Below, piece after piece: positions 10,489 to 21,137 of a stretch of DNA of 64,000 bases. Where the stretch lies: contig JBBPZQ010000003.1 in the NCBI GenBank assembly GCA_038198935.1, positions 8,271-72,270 of the forward strand, in the 5' to 3' direction. The notes beneath the pieces are model-generated. The model saw only the letters and a list, made by a program, of their open reading frames with translations, was not told where the DNA came from and made no database searches. This stretch comes from Anaerolineae bacterium (GTDB taxonomy: Bacteria; Chloroflexota; Anaerolineae; JACRMK01). Both the position numbers and the translations under genes were made by a program. The stretch's first letter is position 1. The number at the start of each line of letters is the position of its first letter.

Positions 10489-11720
10489 CGCGTGCTCACG
10501 GCTTCTGCATAAACCGCGCGGAAGCGTCGCGCGATTTCGCGCCACGTATAGCGCGCACGCACTTTCGCGCGGCCCGCTTCGCCCATGGCGCGCGCGCGTT
10601 GGGGGTTCGCCAACAACTCGACGATAGCATCACTTAACATGTGTTCATTTTGATATTCGACCAGCAATCCATCGCGCCCTTCATTAATCACGTTGGGTAC
10701 CGCGCCACGTCGCGCGCCAATGACGGGCTTGCCACTCGCCCACGCTTCGAGGTAACCGATGCCGAATGACTCGAAGGCGGATGGATACACGAACACATCG
10801 AGCGCGGCAAACAGAGGCGGCTTCTCGTCCGCCGCGAAATCGTAGCGACGAATCACTTTCTGCTGATCGGCGCGAGACCACGCCGCGACGATGCGTTCAA
10901 GCTGCGCCGTGAAGCGCGTGCGGCCGCCCGCAATGAGCAGGCGCGCGTTGGGGAACGTCTGCCACACGCGCGGCATCGCGCGCGCAAGCGTGTCCACGCC
11001 CTTGTAATCGCCCAGCTGGCCAATGTACCCAACTACCTGTTGATCCTGTATATCTAAGTGGCGTCTCGCTTCGTGCGCATCCACACATGCGAACTCGTCC
11101 GCATCCACGCCAACCCCGATCACGCTGATGTGCTCGCGCGCAATGCCGTGCGCGACAAGCTGATCGGCTTCGTAGTCGGTGTAGGCGATGTAATGTGATG
11201 CGCGCCGAATCGCGTCGTAGATGATCCCACGCTCGAAGCCCCAGCAGTCTTCAGGATGCAGCGCGCCGATCAGCACGCAGGGCCGCCGATTCCGCCGCGC
11301 AACACGCAGCGCGCGATACATGTGCAGATAGGGAAACGACGACGCGGCGATCACATCCCAGTCGTCGGCGCGCAGCGCAGCGTCCATCGTCGGCGCGATA
11401 GGCCCGCTTGCGAGCGTGCGCAAGTATTCGTTGAACGGCAGATGCAAGCGATATGCGACGGCTTGCGGCAGTTGCAGCGCTTGACTGCGGCGACGACGCA
11501 CATCGAAACGCCGCACGCGCACGCCGTTGATCTGTTCGCAGCCGACGGGCAGACGCGGTGAGCGCGGCGAGTAAAACCCCTCGCAGTTCAAGCAATTGGT
11601 GGTGAAGACCGTCACGTCGTCGCCGAACTGTCGTACCAATTCTTCGGAGACGCGCTGCATCAACATTTCGGTGCCGCCGCGTGCGGGTGCGTAGCCCTGC
11701 GTGACGTGAAGAATTTTCAT
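10485..11720 (-). CDS. GT4 family glycosyltransferase
   Basis: MKILHVTQGY start at 11720; YKG, ESFGIGYLEAWASGKPV. Confidence 0.9.
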   Translation of the reverse strand: MKILHVTQGYAPARGGTEMLMQRVSEELVRQFGDDVTVFTTNCLNCEGFYSPRSPRLPVGCEQINGVRVRRFDVRRRRSQALQLPQAVAYRLHLPFNEYLRTLASGPIAPTMDAALRADDWDVIAASSFPYLHMYRALRVARRNRRPCVLIGALHPEDCWGFERGIIYDAIRRASHYIAYTDYEADQLVAHGIAREHISVIGVGVDADEFACVDAHEARRHLDIQDQQVVGYIGQLGDYKGVDTLARAMPRVWQTFPNARLLIAGGRTRFTAQLERIVAAWSRADQQKVIRRYDFAADEKPPLFAALDVFVYPSAFESFGIGYLEAWASGKPVIGARRGAVPNVINEGRDGLLVEYQNEHMLSDAIVELLANPQRARAMGEAGRAKVRARYTWREIARRFRAVYAEAVSTR

Positions 11721-11739
11721 TGCGGCGACGATGCGCGGC

Positions 11740-12396
11740 TCACGAACGCTGACTACCGCGCGCGTCCAACTGCGCGCGCAGTGATGCAAGTTCGTCTTGC
11801 TGCTGCTGCACCACGTCGCTGAGTTGCAGCACGGCATCGGCGAGCGCGCGATTATTCGAGGTTTGTTTGACTGCGAGGCGATTGACATAAAAGAGCGTCA
11901 GGCTGTGCAGCGCGAGGCGAAGGCGCGTGAGTAGCGCGCCGACGAGTGGCAGTGAATTGGGCCGCGCGTCCATCTCCTGTGTGAGCGCATCGGTTTGGAC
12001 GCGCGCCTCAATCGTCTCACGCGCTGGCTTGTCCACCGGGTCATCGAATGGTAAACTCGGCGGCAGCGCGTGGTTTCCGTTTGAGTGCGTGTCCGCGACG
12101 ATCGCACTCGTCAGCGGGCGTGCTGCCGTGCGTGTTGATTGAAATTGAGTGGCGCGCTGCTGCGCCGCTAGCTCTTGCAGCAGCGTGATGAGCATCTCGT
12201 TGAGTTGGAATTGGCGGCTGAGCATCGCACGCCAGTCGGGCTGCTTCCGCGACTCAAACGTGTCGGCGCGCAATCGCTGCTGGAACTGGCGGACAGCTAC
12301 GATACTCTCGCCAATGTCGTCTCGCGCGAGCGCGCCTTGCATGATCTCAAATTCGATGTCGCTCAACACGTCATCCGCCGTGAGCAAACGCTTCAT
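11740..12396 (-). CDS. Hypothetical helical/coiled-coil protein in glycan cluster
   Basis: RBS AGGAG before ATG 12396; PLVGALLTRLR..FYVNRL..QQQQDELASLR; operonic. Confidence 0.65.
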   Translation of the reverse strand: MKRLLTADDVLSDIEFEIMQGALARDDIGESIVAVRQFQQRLRADTFESRKQPDWRAMLSRQFQLNEMLITLLQELAAQQRATQFQSTRTAARPLTSAIVADTHSNGNHALPPSLPFDDPVDKPARETIEARVQTDALTQEMDARPNSLPLVGALLTRLRLALHSLTLFYVNRLAVKQTSNNRALADAVLQLSDVVQQQQDELASLRAQLDARGSQRS

Positions 12397-14731
12397 GCCG
12401 TTCTCCTGTTCGCAGCTGCGCTTGCGCGGACACCACGGCGCGATAGGCGCGCTCGAAGCCGCGCGCCATCTGAATGTGCGTGAACTTATCGAGCAAGCGT
12501 TGTCTTCCAGCAAGTCCCATCTCACGCAAACGCTTGCGCGATTGCAGCAAACTCACGAGCGCTTCAGCCAAATGGTCGGGCGCTTCAGGCTCGACCAGCA
12601 ATCCCGTCACGCCGTGCTCAACCACTTCGGGGATGCCACCTGCATTGCAGCCGATCACCGGCTTCGCATAGTTCATCGCTTCGAGATAGATCAAGCCAAA
12701 TGACTCGTACAATGACGGCGCAACAAACAAGTCGCACGCCTGATACAACGCTTGCAGATTTTCTTCGCTGACCGCGCCAAGAAATTGGACGTGCGCGGCG
12801 AGCGCCGAATTGCGACGCGTGAAGTACGTTGCATAATTGCTTCCGTGCCGTGCTTGGAAGCCGTCGTGCTGGCTATTGTCCGCGCCTGCGATGACAAACT
12901 GCACCGTCGGCAACTGGCGCAACACGCGCGGGATCGCCTCGAAGAGGTCGAGAATGCCTTTACGTTTTTCCAATCGGCCGACAAACAACACCGTGAGCGC
13001 ATCGTCTTGACGGCTCAGATCGAACGGACGTACCGCGTCGTCGGGCGCGGGCACGATGCCATAAGGAACAATACTGAAGCGCCCTGTCTCTGGTTGCACG
13101 GCATAGACCTGCTCAGTGGCGTGCATTGTTGCGCGCGTGTTGTGAATCAAGTGCGCTGCACGCTGGATCAGCGCCGATTCCATTTCACCCATCAATCGCG
13201 CATCATCGTGGCGTTCATTCTGAAGTGCCGAAATCTGCCGAACGGCTGTCACGATGCGCACCACCACCGGCGCAACTTGGCTGACAGCGGTGACCAGACC
13301 ATCTACCTGCCAAATCGGCGAGTCCACAATCTGAATGCCGTCGTTGAGGATGAGCCGACGAATCATGTCGTAAGCGGCGTGACTATGATTGAGCGCGTAA
13401 TGCACGTTCGTGTAGCGATGATAGGCTGCGTAGCGGTCCAATCGTGTCGGGAGTTGATGTACATACGCGCCATCATAAAAGGCGACCTGCTCTGTGTCGC
13501 CACGCGTGACAACGTTCACGCTGTGGCCGCACTCGAACAATCCTCGCGCCAACACATTGGTGCTGCGTCCGACCCCATCGTAGTGCATCGGCGGATATGC
13601 GCTGCTCAACAAACAGATGCGTAGCGGTGAGTCGGGCAGACTGATCGCCGGACGATAGCCGCTCACCGGATCCACCGACGGCTGCTGAGCGGACTGCTCA
13701 TTCTGGAACGGTACCATCGGCTGTGACGATTCGCTCGTGCTGACGCTCGCCAGTGTGCTCGCCGCTCCGAATGCGTGCAGCGCGCCGCTCGTGCCCGCGC
13801 GCAGTTCTTGCCAACATGCGCGCCAAGCCCGAACGCGCGGAATTTTTTTCGTCCGCTGCAATTGGTCATAATACAACCAATGACCGTGCACGAGATGCAA
13901 GCAGCGCAGCGCGATGGCGGACAACGCATCACCCGCCCGCCGTCCATGTCGAATCGTGAAATACACACCCGCTTTGGTTTGAATCCACCAGTTGCCCCGT
14001 TGCGTAAACACGACGCGGTTGCGCGACGACGCAGGCACATGATAGACGGCACATTCGCGCACGGGATGAACAATCTGACCCGCATCGGACTGGCGGAATG
14101 CCAAGTCCGATTCGTCGAAGACCCATTCGTAAAATTCGTCGAAGCCGCCGACGGACAGCAGCGCCGCACGCCGATACGCCATATTCGTGCCCATCATACG
14201 CGTCAGCCATTGGCGGCCTTCGACGGCGCTGAACCGATGCCGCTCACGGTGCAACCCCTCGGCGTGCGGCGCGAGATTATCTAACCACGACTCGCAGACG
14301 TCTTGCTGCTCCGCGAGCGACGACATCGCACCCAGCCGATGCTGCACGCGCGAGTCGTTGGGATGCACAGCGTATACCACGCCGCCCGTCGCGTCGAGGC
14401 GCGGGTTCGCAAACAGCCGCGCCAATTGCTCCAGCCAACGATTGCTCGGCACAGCATCGTCGTCAATGAACGCCACGATTTCGCCGCGCGCGTCGCGCAC
14501 GCCAATGTTGCGTGAGCGACTGAGGTTCGCCGTCGGGCAGCGCAGCACGCGCACGCGAGAGGCATACTCTGCGAGTACATCAAGCGTACCGTCATGGGTG
14601 GGCCCCACGACGACGAGCACCTCAAACTGTGAATACGTTTGATGTTCGAGCGAGCGCAGCAGCGTGCGCAGCGGCAGCGCACGGTCGGTCGTGCTGACGA
14701 CGATGGAGAACGTCGGCTCACCGCTCGTCAT
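12371..14731 (-). CDS. Bifunctional GT2 + GT4 glycosyltransferase
   Basis: N-terminal FIDDDA and GGFDE; C-terminal VGRLEKRKG and ESFGLIYLEAM. Confidence 0.9.
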   Translation of the reverse strand: MTSGEPTFSIVVSTTDRALPLRTLLRSLEHQTYSQFEVLVVVGPTHDGTLDVLAEYASRVRVLRCPTANLSRSRNIGVRDARGEIVAFIDDDAVPSNRWLEQLARLFANPRLDATGGVVYAVHPNDSRVQHRLGAMSSLAEQQDVCESWLDNLAPHAEGLHRERHRFSAVEGRQWLTRMMGTNMAYRRAALLSVGGFDEFYEWVFDESDLAFRQSDAGQIVHPVRECAVYHVPASSRNRVVFTQRGNWWIQTKAGVYFTIRHGRRAGDALSAIALRCLHLVHGHWLYYDQLQRTKKIPRVRAWRACWQELRAGTSGALHAFGAASTLASVSTSESSQPMVPFQNEQSAQQPSVDPVSGYRPAISLPDSPLRICLLSSAYPPMHYDGVGRSTNVLARGLFECGHSVNVVTRGDTEQVAFYDGAYVHQLPTRLDRYAAYHRYTNVHYALNHSHAAYDMIRRLILNDGIQIVDSPIWQVDGLVTAVSQVAPVVVRIVTAVRQISALQNERHDDARLMGEMESALIQRAAHLIHNTRATMHATEQVYAVQPETGRFSIVPYGIVPAPDDAVRPFDLSRQDDALTVLFVGRLEKRKGILDLFEAIPRVLRQLPTVQFVIAGADNSQHDGFQARHGSNYATYFTRRNSALAAHVQFLGAVSEENLQALYQACDLFVAPSLYESFGLIYLEAMNYAKPVIGCNAGGIPEVVEHGVTGLLVEPEAPDHLAEALVSLLQSRKRLREMGLAGRQRLLDKFTHIQMARGFERAYRAVVSAQAQLRTGERHEAFAHGG

Positions 14732-16034
14732 AAGCGAACAACATTTCCAGAATCGTGAGCCGCCGCGAGTGCTCGGCTTCGAGTTGATGGATGGCCACTT
14801 CGAGTTGATTGGCTGCCACTTCCAGTTGATCGAGGCGCGCGCCTTGCTGCACGTTCATTTCGTACAAGCGTGCGCTCAGCGCTAGTGCATCGTCCAGTCC
14901 GAATGCCTCGTATCCCGTCAGCCGCGCCAATAAGCGACGAAAAAGGTCCTGAACACGCGATGGCGTGCGCACCGGTGCGCTCAAGGTAGTGTAAAGCTGC
15001 GCAGACGCTGCTTGCTCGTGTTCACGCGCATCGCCAATCAGCGTGCGCACGGCGTCAAGCCGCAATGCGATAAGCGAAGGCGACATGGTTTCCGCCGCCG
15101 CGAACGCTCGACGGGCGAGCGCGGCGAAGCCGACCTGCCAGTGACGCATGAGCATCTCCGATGACGTATCGTTCAGATCGGCGGCGCGCCGTGATGCGAT
15201 TTCGTTCAGCGCGCGGAGCGTGGCGCGCGCGGCGAGGATGCGGCTGAACGCTTGATCGAAATAGGTTTCGTTTTCAAGCGCGCACTGCTCGGCAGCGAAG
15301 AATGCTCGCAGGTCATCGCCCTCGAAATGTTTGCACACGAAGCGATAACGCGAGCGATGCTGGTTGACTGTGTGTCGGATCGGATCCTCTTTCCATTCGG
15401 TGCCGCTTCGTAAATGCGACACGCGTGCGACGGGGACGTACAACGTCTCGATGCCATGACGCCGCGCGCGATAGCAGTAGTCGCTCTCCTCATAGTAGCC
15501 CGGATAAAAACCGTCATCGAACGGGCCCACTCGCTCCCACGTTGCGCGCCGAATGGCGAACGCAGCACCTGTCACGTATTCGACTTGACGCGGCGCGTCA
15601 CACAGTTCCGTTAGATGCACGCTGTTGGCATCGGGCTTGCGGATGTACGCGCCCGTGTGATTGAGCGTGCCATCGTCGTTGAGAATCGTGCAGCCAGCGA
15701 CGCCGCATTCGGGATGCGCGTCCAACGCACACACGAGCGCGTCGAGCCAGCCGCGCTGCACGATGCAGTCCTGATTGAGCAGCAGGAGCAGTTCACCCTT
15801 TGCCGCGTCAATACCCGCGTTCACGCCGCCCGCGAAGCCCAGGTTCACGGGCTGACGTAGCAGGCGCACGCGCGCATACCGTTCGGCGATCAGAGAAGCG
15901 GAATCGTCGCGCGAGGCGTTATCCACGCAGATAATCTCGCCGAGCGCAGCAGTGCGCTGCGCCTCAAGCGCGTCGAGGCATTGCGTGATCACGGCCACGC
16001 CATTCCAAACGGGGATGATGATACTCGCGATCAT
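14718..16034 (-). CDS. GT2 glycosyltransferase with C-terminal coiled coil
   Basis: IIIPVWNG, VDNAS, LNQD, YEESDYC; heptad tail QLEVAANQLEVAIHQLE. Confidence 0.88.
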   Translation of the reverse strand: MIASIIIPVWNGVAVITQCLDALEAQRTAALGEIICVDNASRDDSASLIAERYARVRLLRQPVNLGFAGGVNAGIDAAKGELLLLLNQDCIVQRGWLDALVCALDAHPECGVAGCTILNDDGTLNHTGAYIRKPDANSVHLTELCDAPRQVEYVTGAAFAIRRATWERVGPFDDGFYPGYYEESDYCYRARRHGIETLYVPVARVSHLRSGTEWKEDPIRHTVNQHRSRYRFVCKHFEGDDLRAFFAAEQCALENETYFDQAFSRILAARATLRALNEIASRRAADLNDTSSEMLMRHWQVGFAALARRAFAAAETMSPSLIALRLDAVRTLIGDAREHEQAASAQLYTTLSAPVRTPSRVQDLFRRLLARLTGYEAFGLDDALALSARLYEMNVQQGARLDQLEVAANQLEVAIHQLEAEHSRRLTILEMLFAYDER

Positions 16035-16117
16035 AGTCTGCAATCGTCCGAGCGAACGCGCAGAGTATAACACGAGTCGGAAAGGAGCCCGAAATTAGAC
16101 CATGAATCCAAATAGAA

Positions 16118-16144
16118 AAGCCGTATTCGTGACGAATACGGCTT
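16118..16144 (-). terminator. Intrinsic terminator after beta-helix protein gene
   Basis: Inverted repeat AAGCCGTATTCGT/ACGAATACGGCTT followed by T-rich run on minus strand. Confidence 0.75.
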
Positions 16145-16164
16145 CGGATTAATAGAGCAGCGTC

Positions 16165-18315
16165 TTACTTCTTGACAAGAGGCAGGAAGAGCAGTTGCGT
16201 CGTGGGCACGGCTTGCGCGGTCTTTGAATTGCCGATCAATGCGCCGCTGCCATCAATCGCATTCACGACGATCGAGTACGTCTTAAAATTTGTGAGTCCC
16301 GTCAGCGAGAATTGCGTCGCCGCGCCCGTGTTGATGGGCGTGCCGCAGGCACCTTGAATTGGCGCACTCGCACCCGATGGGCAGGTGACGGTCAGCGTGT
16401 AATGATTAACAATCGTATTGATACCTGCATTCGGCTGCCACGCAACAGTAATGCGTGCGTTGCCGGGCGCGGCCGAAAGCGGGAACGGCACATTCTCATC
16501 CGCGCCGATGTCAGGATTGGTACGAGTGTCGCCATCAACGTCGTCCGTCATCGTGCTGCCTGTTGCCTGATTAATCGCGGGGGAGTTGAGCCTGAGGTGA
16601 TAGTTTTCGTTCGCCCCGCCGGGCGAGACGAATCCGGCCGAACTGGTCGCGAGCATCGTCGCCAAGCCGCTAAGGACCCCGGAGGGTGCAGGCGAGCCAC
16701 TCGAATTCGTGTTCAATGTATTATTCGCGAACAGACCTCGATTGAACGTTACCGAGTTGTTGGGCTGCACGTGAATCGCAGCAGTACCAAAACTATTGAC
16801 GTGATCGGAAATGATCGAGAATGCAAAAGTCACATTCGTCGCTGTCGTTGAAACGCTCAACAACAAGACGCCCTGACCTTGCATGTAACTACTATTGATG
16901 CGATTCTGTGCAATGGTCGCGTGCATCACGTTTGCGGAGACACCTTGCAGCCACAAGCCGCCACCGCCACCGCCGACGACCGGGCTCGTGCCGCCCCCCA
17001 TCAGCGCGGCGTTATCAGCAATGGTGACGTTGGATAGCGTGGTGGCGGGTGCGCCACTGAGGCGCACCAACGCCATCCCACCGCCGCCCGCAGACCCCAT
17101 GAGCGTTTGACCATTTCCACCTTGTGCCGTGTTCGCGATCAACGTCATGCGATCGAACATGATAGACGTGTTCATTGCCATCACACCGCCACCCCATGCC
17201 AAGCCCGTGCCTGATATCTGTGCAGCGGCATTGATTCCGTTGCCGCCGCGCGCCACGTTGTTGCGCACGTCGACGTCGGTCAGTGTAACGGAACCCGACT
17301 CGGAGAATATGCCGCCGCCAAAGCTGCCGCCCGCATTGCCATTAGGCGCTGCACCACCCGTTGCGGAATTGTTCGCGACGTAAAGGCGCTGCAAGGAGAT
17401 ACTGCTAAACAACTGGAAAGCGATCCCGCCGCCCTGTGCGTCGGCATATGCGCCCATAATCGAATCGCGCCCATTGCCGTTACTACTGCCCGCAACGGCG
17501 CTGTTGTTGACTAACGTGATGTCATGCCCAGAATTGATTGATGTATTGTACGTGTACATCCCGCCACCTATCCCGAATCCGCCGCGATCAGCGCCGCTGC
17601 CGCCACGTGCTTGATTGTTGGTGAACGTGACGTAATCGAACGCGTAAATCGTACTCGTGCGTGCAGCCAGGCCGCCGCCGCTGCCTGCACCGCCGTAGGG
17701 ACTGAATGTATTTTCACCGATAGATTGATTGCTGTCGAAGATCATGGAACGCAAGGTTAAGCCCGCCGCATCAGCAAACATGCCGCCGCCGAAGGCATAA
17801 ATTTTATCATCGCCTGGACGAGTAGGTATGCCTCGCGCCAGTCCGCGCTTGATGGTAAAGCCTTCCATGTCCAAGGATGTGCTGATACCAGTACCGACGA
17901 GAAACACGCCACGCACCGAGTTAGCGCCGTCAATGACGGTGAGATTGGCAGACGGATTGGAGCCATACCAATTGCCGGTGCTGTAACCGCCGATGATGTT
18001 GATCTGCTTGTTCCAAACACACACGACTGCTGTGGAGCCAAGTGGGCCCGAACACACGTCGGTTGATGGGTTGTAGGTATAGGTGCCGGCTGCGACGAGA
18101 ATCCAATCACCCGAGGCCGCAATGTTGACGGCAAACTGGATTGTACGGCAAGGCTGCGCAGTAGAACCGCAGCCGGAGAAATCCGACCCGCTCGGTGCAA
18201 CGCGATATGTGTTTGTGTCTGGAGTGGCGCTGGCAAGGCGAGCCTCCGATGCCAGTACGTTCGACACCACACCAATAACACACACGACCATCAGCAACTT
18301 TATCAGTTTCAACAT
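16165..18315 (-). CDS. Secreted Gly-rich parallel beta-helix protein with choice-of-anchor-Q-like segment, FN3 domain and C-terminal LFLPLVKK motif
   Basis: Signal peptide; YRVAPSGSD..CGS...PCRTIQ; repeated N-x-A-x-GG..GGG units; YHLRLNSPAIN..DIGADE; FN3-like W..Y..LTGL..Y. Confidence 0.8.
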   Translation of the reverse strand: MLKLIKLLMVVCVIGVVSNVLASEARLASATPDTNTYRVAPSGSDFSGCGSTAQPCRTIQFAVNIAASGDWILVAAGTYTYNPSTDVCSGPLGSTAVVCVWNKQINIIGGYSTGNWYGSNPSANLTVIDGANSVRGVFLVGTGISTSLDMEGFTIKRGLARGIPTRPGDDKIYAFGGGMFADAAGLTLRSMIFDSNQSIGENTFSPYGGAGSGGGLAARTSTIYAFDYVTFTNNQARGGSGADRGGFGIGGGMYTYNTSINSGHDITLVNNSAVAGSSNGNGRDSIMGAYADAQGGGIAFQLFSSISLQRLYVANNSATGGAAPNGNAGGSFGGGIFSESGSVTLTDVDVRNNVARGGNGINAAAQISGTGLAWGGGVMAMNTSIMFDRMTLIANTAQGGNGQTLMGSAGGGGMALVRLSGAPATTLSNVTIADNAALMGGGTSPVVGGGGGGLWLQGVSANVMHATIAQNRINSSYMQGQGVLLLSVSTTATNVTFAFSIISDHVNSFGTAAIHVQPNNSVTFNRGLFANNTLNTNSSGSPAPSGVLSGLATMLATSSAGFVSPGGANENYHLRLNSPAINQATGSTMTDDVDGDTRTNPDIGADENVPFPLSAAPGNARITVAWQPNAGINTIVNHYTLTVTCPSGASAPIQGACGTPINTGAATQFSLTGLTNFKTYSIVVNAIDGSGALIGNSKTAQAVPTTQLLFLPLVKK

Positions 18316-18377
18316 TCCCACTCGTTCCCCTCGACTGCTGCCTAAAGTAACTCATTAACGTGTCCATTGGTGGTTCG

Positions 18378-19778
18378 TCAAGCATGCATGAGGGCACGTC
18401 TGAGCCGTTGAAGGCGTCGCATGATTCGCATGAAGCGACCTCGCTCATACTGCTGCACGAGCATGTGCGAGGCATTGCGTTCTGAACGGAGTTGATCGCG
18501 CTCACGCTGCAACGCTTCAACGGCAGAATCATAAGCGGCTTGCGGCGCACTGACCATAGTCCTTATGTCAGGGGCGAGACGCGGCTGGCGACAGAACGCG
18601 ATCAGTGGCTGCGCCACGCGTTCCCACGTCAACTGCGCGCGCGCGGCGGCAAAGCGTTCATGCCACCGCGCGCGCGGAGCGTCTAGCAAGCGCAAGATCG
18701 CGCTGCACACACCTTCAACGTCGGTTGCATTTACAACTTCGCCCAATTGAAAACGCTCCACGATCTCGCTCGTCGCGTCGCCACGCGTGGCGATGATGGG
18801 CAAGCCAGCCCAAACGTAATCGAGCACCCGACTGCGAAATGCCAGGCGTGTCTCAAGCGTGTCGTGATGCAGCGTGAGCGCGAGATCGGATTCGCACAGC
18901 ACGTTCTGCCAATCGTCGTATGCAATCCAATCACCGAAGAACACAACGCGATCCAACACGCCCAACTCGCGCGCGAGTGCACGTGCGGACTCGGTGTGCG
19001 TCGGCGCTTGCGCCATCGCGGGATTAGGGTGCTTCGTGCCGGGAAAGATGAGCCGCAGGTCGCCGCGATCCGTTGTCACGTTCGCGCGCGCAACGGCGCG
19101 AATCGCCGTCAGCGGGTCGAGCCACTGCCACAAGCCCCCACCCCACAGCAGCACGCGATCGGTCGGGGCAATGCCGCGCCACACACCTTTGATGACGTCG
19201 CGCGTGTGGTGCGGCGGTGCGTCGGGCAAACCGAACGGCACCACGTCTATCAATCGCCGCAGCGACACATCTTCCGCATACGTTTGCGCATTGATGCGCC
19301 CGCTCGCTTCGAGCAAGCCGAGCCACCAGTCGCGCTGCCGTTCGCTCGCACACATGAAAAAGTCGCCTGTACGATAGGCGGCTTGAAGTTGCTCATTCAT
19401 TTGGCGCGTCTCTGCGCCCATTGCCAGCATTTCGCTGATGACCGGATCATAACCATCAATTACCAATGGCACCGCCAAGTCGGCAAGCCATTGCATTCGC
19501 GCGAGCCACACGGCTGGCACAACGACCACGCGCGACTCGCGCGCAACTCGTTGTAATTGCTCGTCATCGTCTGTGACATAAATAAGCAGCTCGCAAGATT
19601 TTGCGGCGCTCGCGGCCGAACCAAGTGGCGCAGCCAGCGTGACTTCGAACTCGCGCGCGATCACATTCGCCAACTGCATGTAGCGAATGCCGGGGCCTGC
19701 CATGTGCGCGCCGACGACTTCGTGGCTTACAACAAGCACGCGGCGCGATTGCAGAAACGCTTCATTCCGCTCTGCCAT
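18378..19778 (-). CDS. GT4-like glycosyltransferase with coiled-coil tail
   Basis: MAGPGIRY, WGGGLWQWLD, ETRLAFRSRVLDY. Confidence 0.82.
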   Translation of the reverse strand: MAERNEAFLQSRRVLVVSHEVVGAHMAGPGIRYMQLANVIAREFEVTLAAPLGSAASAAKSCELLIYVTDDDEQLQRVARESRVVVVPAVWLARMQWLADLAVPLVIDGYDPVISEMLAMGAETRQMNEQLQAAYRTGDFFMCASERQRDWWLGLLEASGRINAQTYAEDVSLRRLIDVVPFGLPDAPPHHTRDVIKGVWRGIAPTDRVLLWGGGLWQWLDPLTAIRAVARANVTTDRGDLRLIFPGTKHPNPAMAQAPTHTESARALARELGVLDRVVFFGDWIAYDDWQNVLCESDLALTLHHDTLETRLAFRSRVLDYVWAGLPIIATRGDATSEIVERFQLGEVVNATDVEGVCSAILRLLDAPRARWHERFAAARAQLTWERVAQPLIAFCRQPRLAPDIRTMVSAPQAAYDSAVEALQRERDQLRSERNASHMLVQQYERGRFMRIMRRLQRLRRALMHA

Positions 19779-20976
19779 TGCGATGCTCCCAACGGCTCGG
19801 AATGTAGAACGCGCCGTAGCGTTCCTTCACGCCGCCCGGCACAACCGAGAACGTATAGCGCATGTGATGATGGTCGTAGGCGTGAATGCCTGCTTGATCG
19901 TAGATCGCTGCGGTGAAGAAATAGTTGCCGTCGAGCAAGAGCAGCGCGGGCACCACATACTCGACGACGCCATCACCCTCAATGGCCTCGATGTGTTGAT
20001 CGCTGAACACCGTGTTGGGCCCATTGACGTGCAAGCCATCCTCGCGATGGATCGCCACGCCGAACATCGGCGACGGCACGCGCTGCTCCGCGCGATAGTG
20101 GATGCGTGCGGCGAAGGCTTGTCCTGTTTTGAATTCGCTCGTCGGCTCGCCGCAGCCGTTCACGAATTCGACGCGCGTGATCTCGGCTTCGCCCGACCCC
20201 CAGCGCCCCGTCGCCGCGTGTGCGTCCACGCGCTCCTTGCGGATCACTTCGGACAGATACGATTCGACGACGTGATTGACGCGCCCATCTTCGCGCACGC
20301 GTCCCTGATCCATCCACAGCGCGCGTGTGCTCAAATCGCTCACGGCGTCGAGGCTGTGCGACACGAGTAAGATCGTCACGCCCTGCCGTTTGATTTCGTG
20401 AATGCGCGTAAGACACTTCGCTTGAAACGCTTGGTCGCCAACCGCGAGCGTCTCGTCCACCAGCAGAATGTCCGGCTGCACGTGCACGGCAATCGCAAAG
20501 CCGAGCCGCATGTACATGCCAGACGAATAAAATTTCACCGGCGCGTCAATGAAGCGCTCCATTTCGGCGAAGTCCACCACCGCGTCGAATATGCGATCCA
20601 TCTCTTTGCGATTCAAACCGAGAATCGAGCCGTTGAGATAAACATTCTCGCGTCCCGATAAATCTGGATGGAAGCCCGCGCCGAGTTCGAGCAATGCGGC
20701 GATGCGTCCGTGCGAGCGAATGCGTCCACTGGTGGGCGACAAAATGTTCACGATCAATTTGAGAATAGTGCTCTTGCCGCTGCCGTTCACGCCGACGAGC
20801 CCAACCGACTCGCCCTTTTCGATGACGAACGACACGTCGCGCAATGCCCAAAACGTTTCTTTCCATTCGCCGCGCCGCCGCGCGCGCGACCACCACGATG
20901 CGGCGCGCGGCTGTTTCAATTCGTGCGGTAGAATGAAACGCTTCGACACACTTTCAAAAACAATCGCATCGCTCAT
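19762..20976 (-). CDS. wzt: Polysaccharide ABC exporter ATP-binding subunit with Wzt C-terminal carbohydrate-binding domain
   Basis: GVNGSGKST Walker A, YSSGMYMRLGF, DETLAVGD, WGSGEAEI + beta-sandwich. Confidence 0.9.
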   Translation of the reverse strand: MSDAIVFESVSKRFILPHELKQPRAASWWSRARRRGEWKETFWALRDVSFVIEKGESVGLVGVNGSGKSTILKLIVNILSPTSGRIRSHGRIAALLELGAGFHPDLSGRENVYLNGSILGLNRKEMDRIFDAVVDFAEMERFIDAPVKFYSSGMYMRLGFAIAVHVQPDILLVDETLAVGDQAFQAKCLTRIHEIKRQGVTILLVSHSLDAVSDLSTRALWMDQGRVREDGRVNHVVESYLSEVIRKERVDAHAATGRWGSGEAEITRVEFVNGCGEPTSEFKTGQAFAARIHYRAEQRVPSPMFGVAIHREDGLHVNGPNTVFSDQHIEAIEGDGVVEYVVPALLLLDGNYFFTAAIYDQAGIHAYDHHHMRYTFSVVPGGVKERYGAFYIPSRWEHRNGRAE

Positions 20977-21113
20977 GTTTCACACTCGAATTGGTTGCAC
21001 GTTGGATAGTCTGAGCAATACACAGGATCGGTCACGGCACGAAAAAAATGCGCCGTAATTAGCGGCGCTTACAACATTGGTCTGTCAAATCGTACGCCCA
21101 CGAACAACGCGCG

Positions 21114-21122
21114 TGCTATAAT
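21114..21122 (+). promoter_or_regulatory. Extended -10 promoter
   Basis: TGCTATAAT 15 nt upstream of ATG 21138. Confidence 0.55.
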
Positions 21123-21137
21123 ACGCGACACTTACCG

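Noticed and set aside
16900-17800. Gly-rich repeats as nucleotide repeat or RTX toxin
   Set aside because: Repeats are degenerate at DNA level and fit parallel beta-helix turns, not GGxGxDxL nonapeptides.
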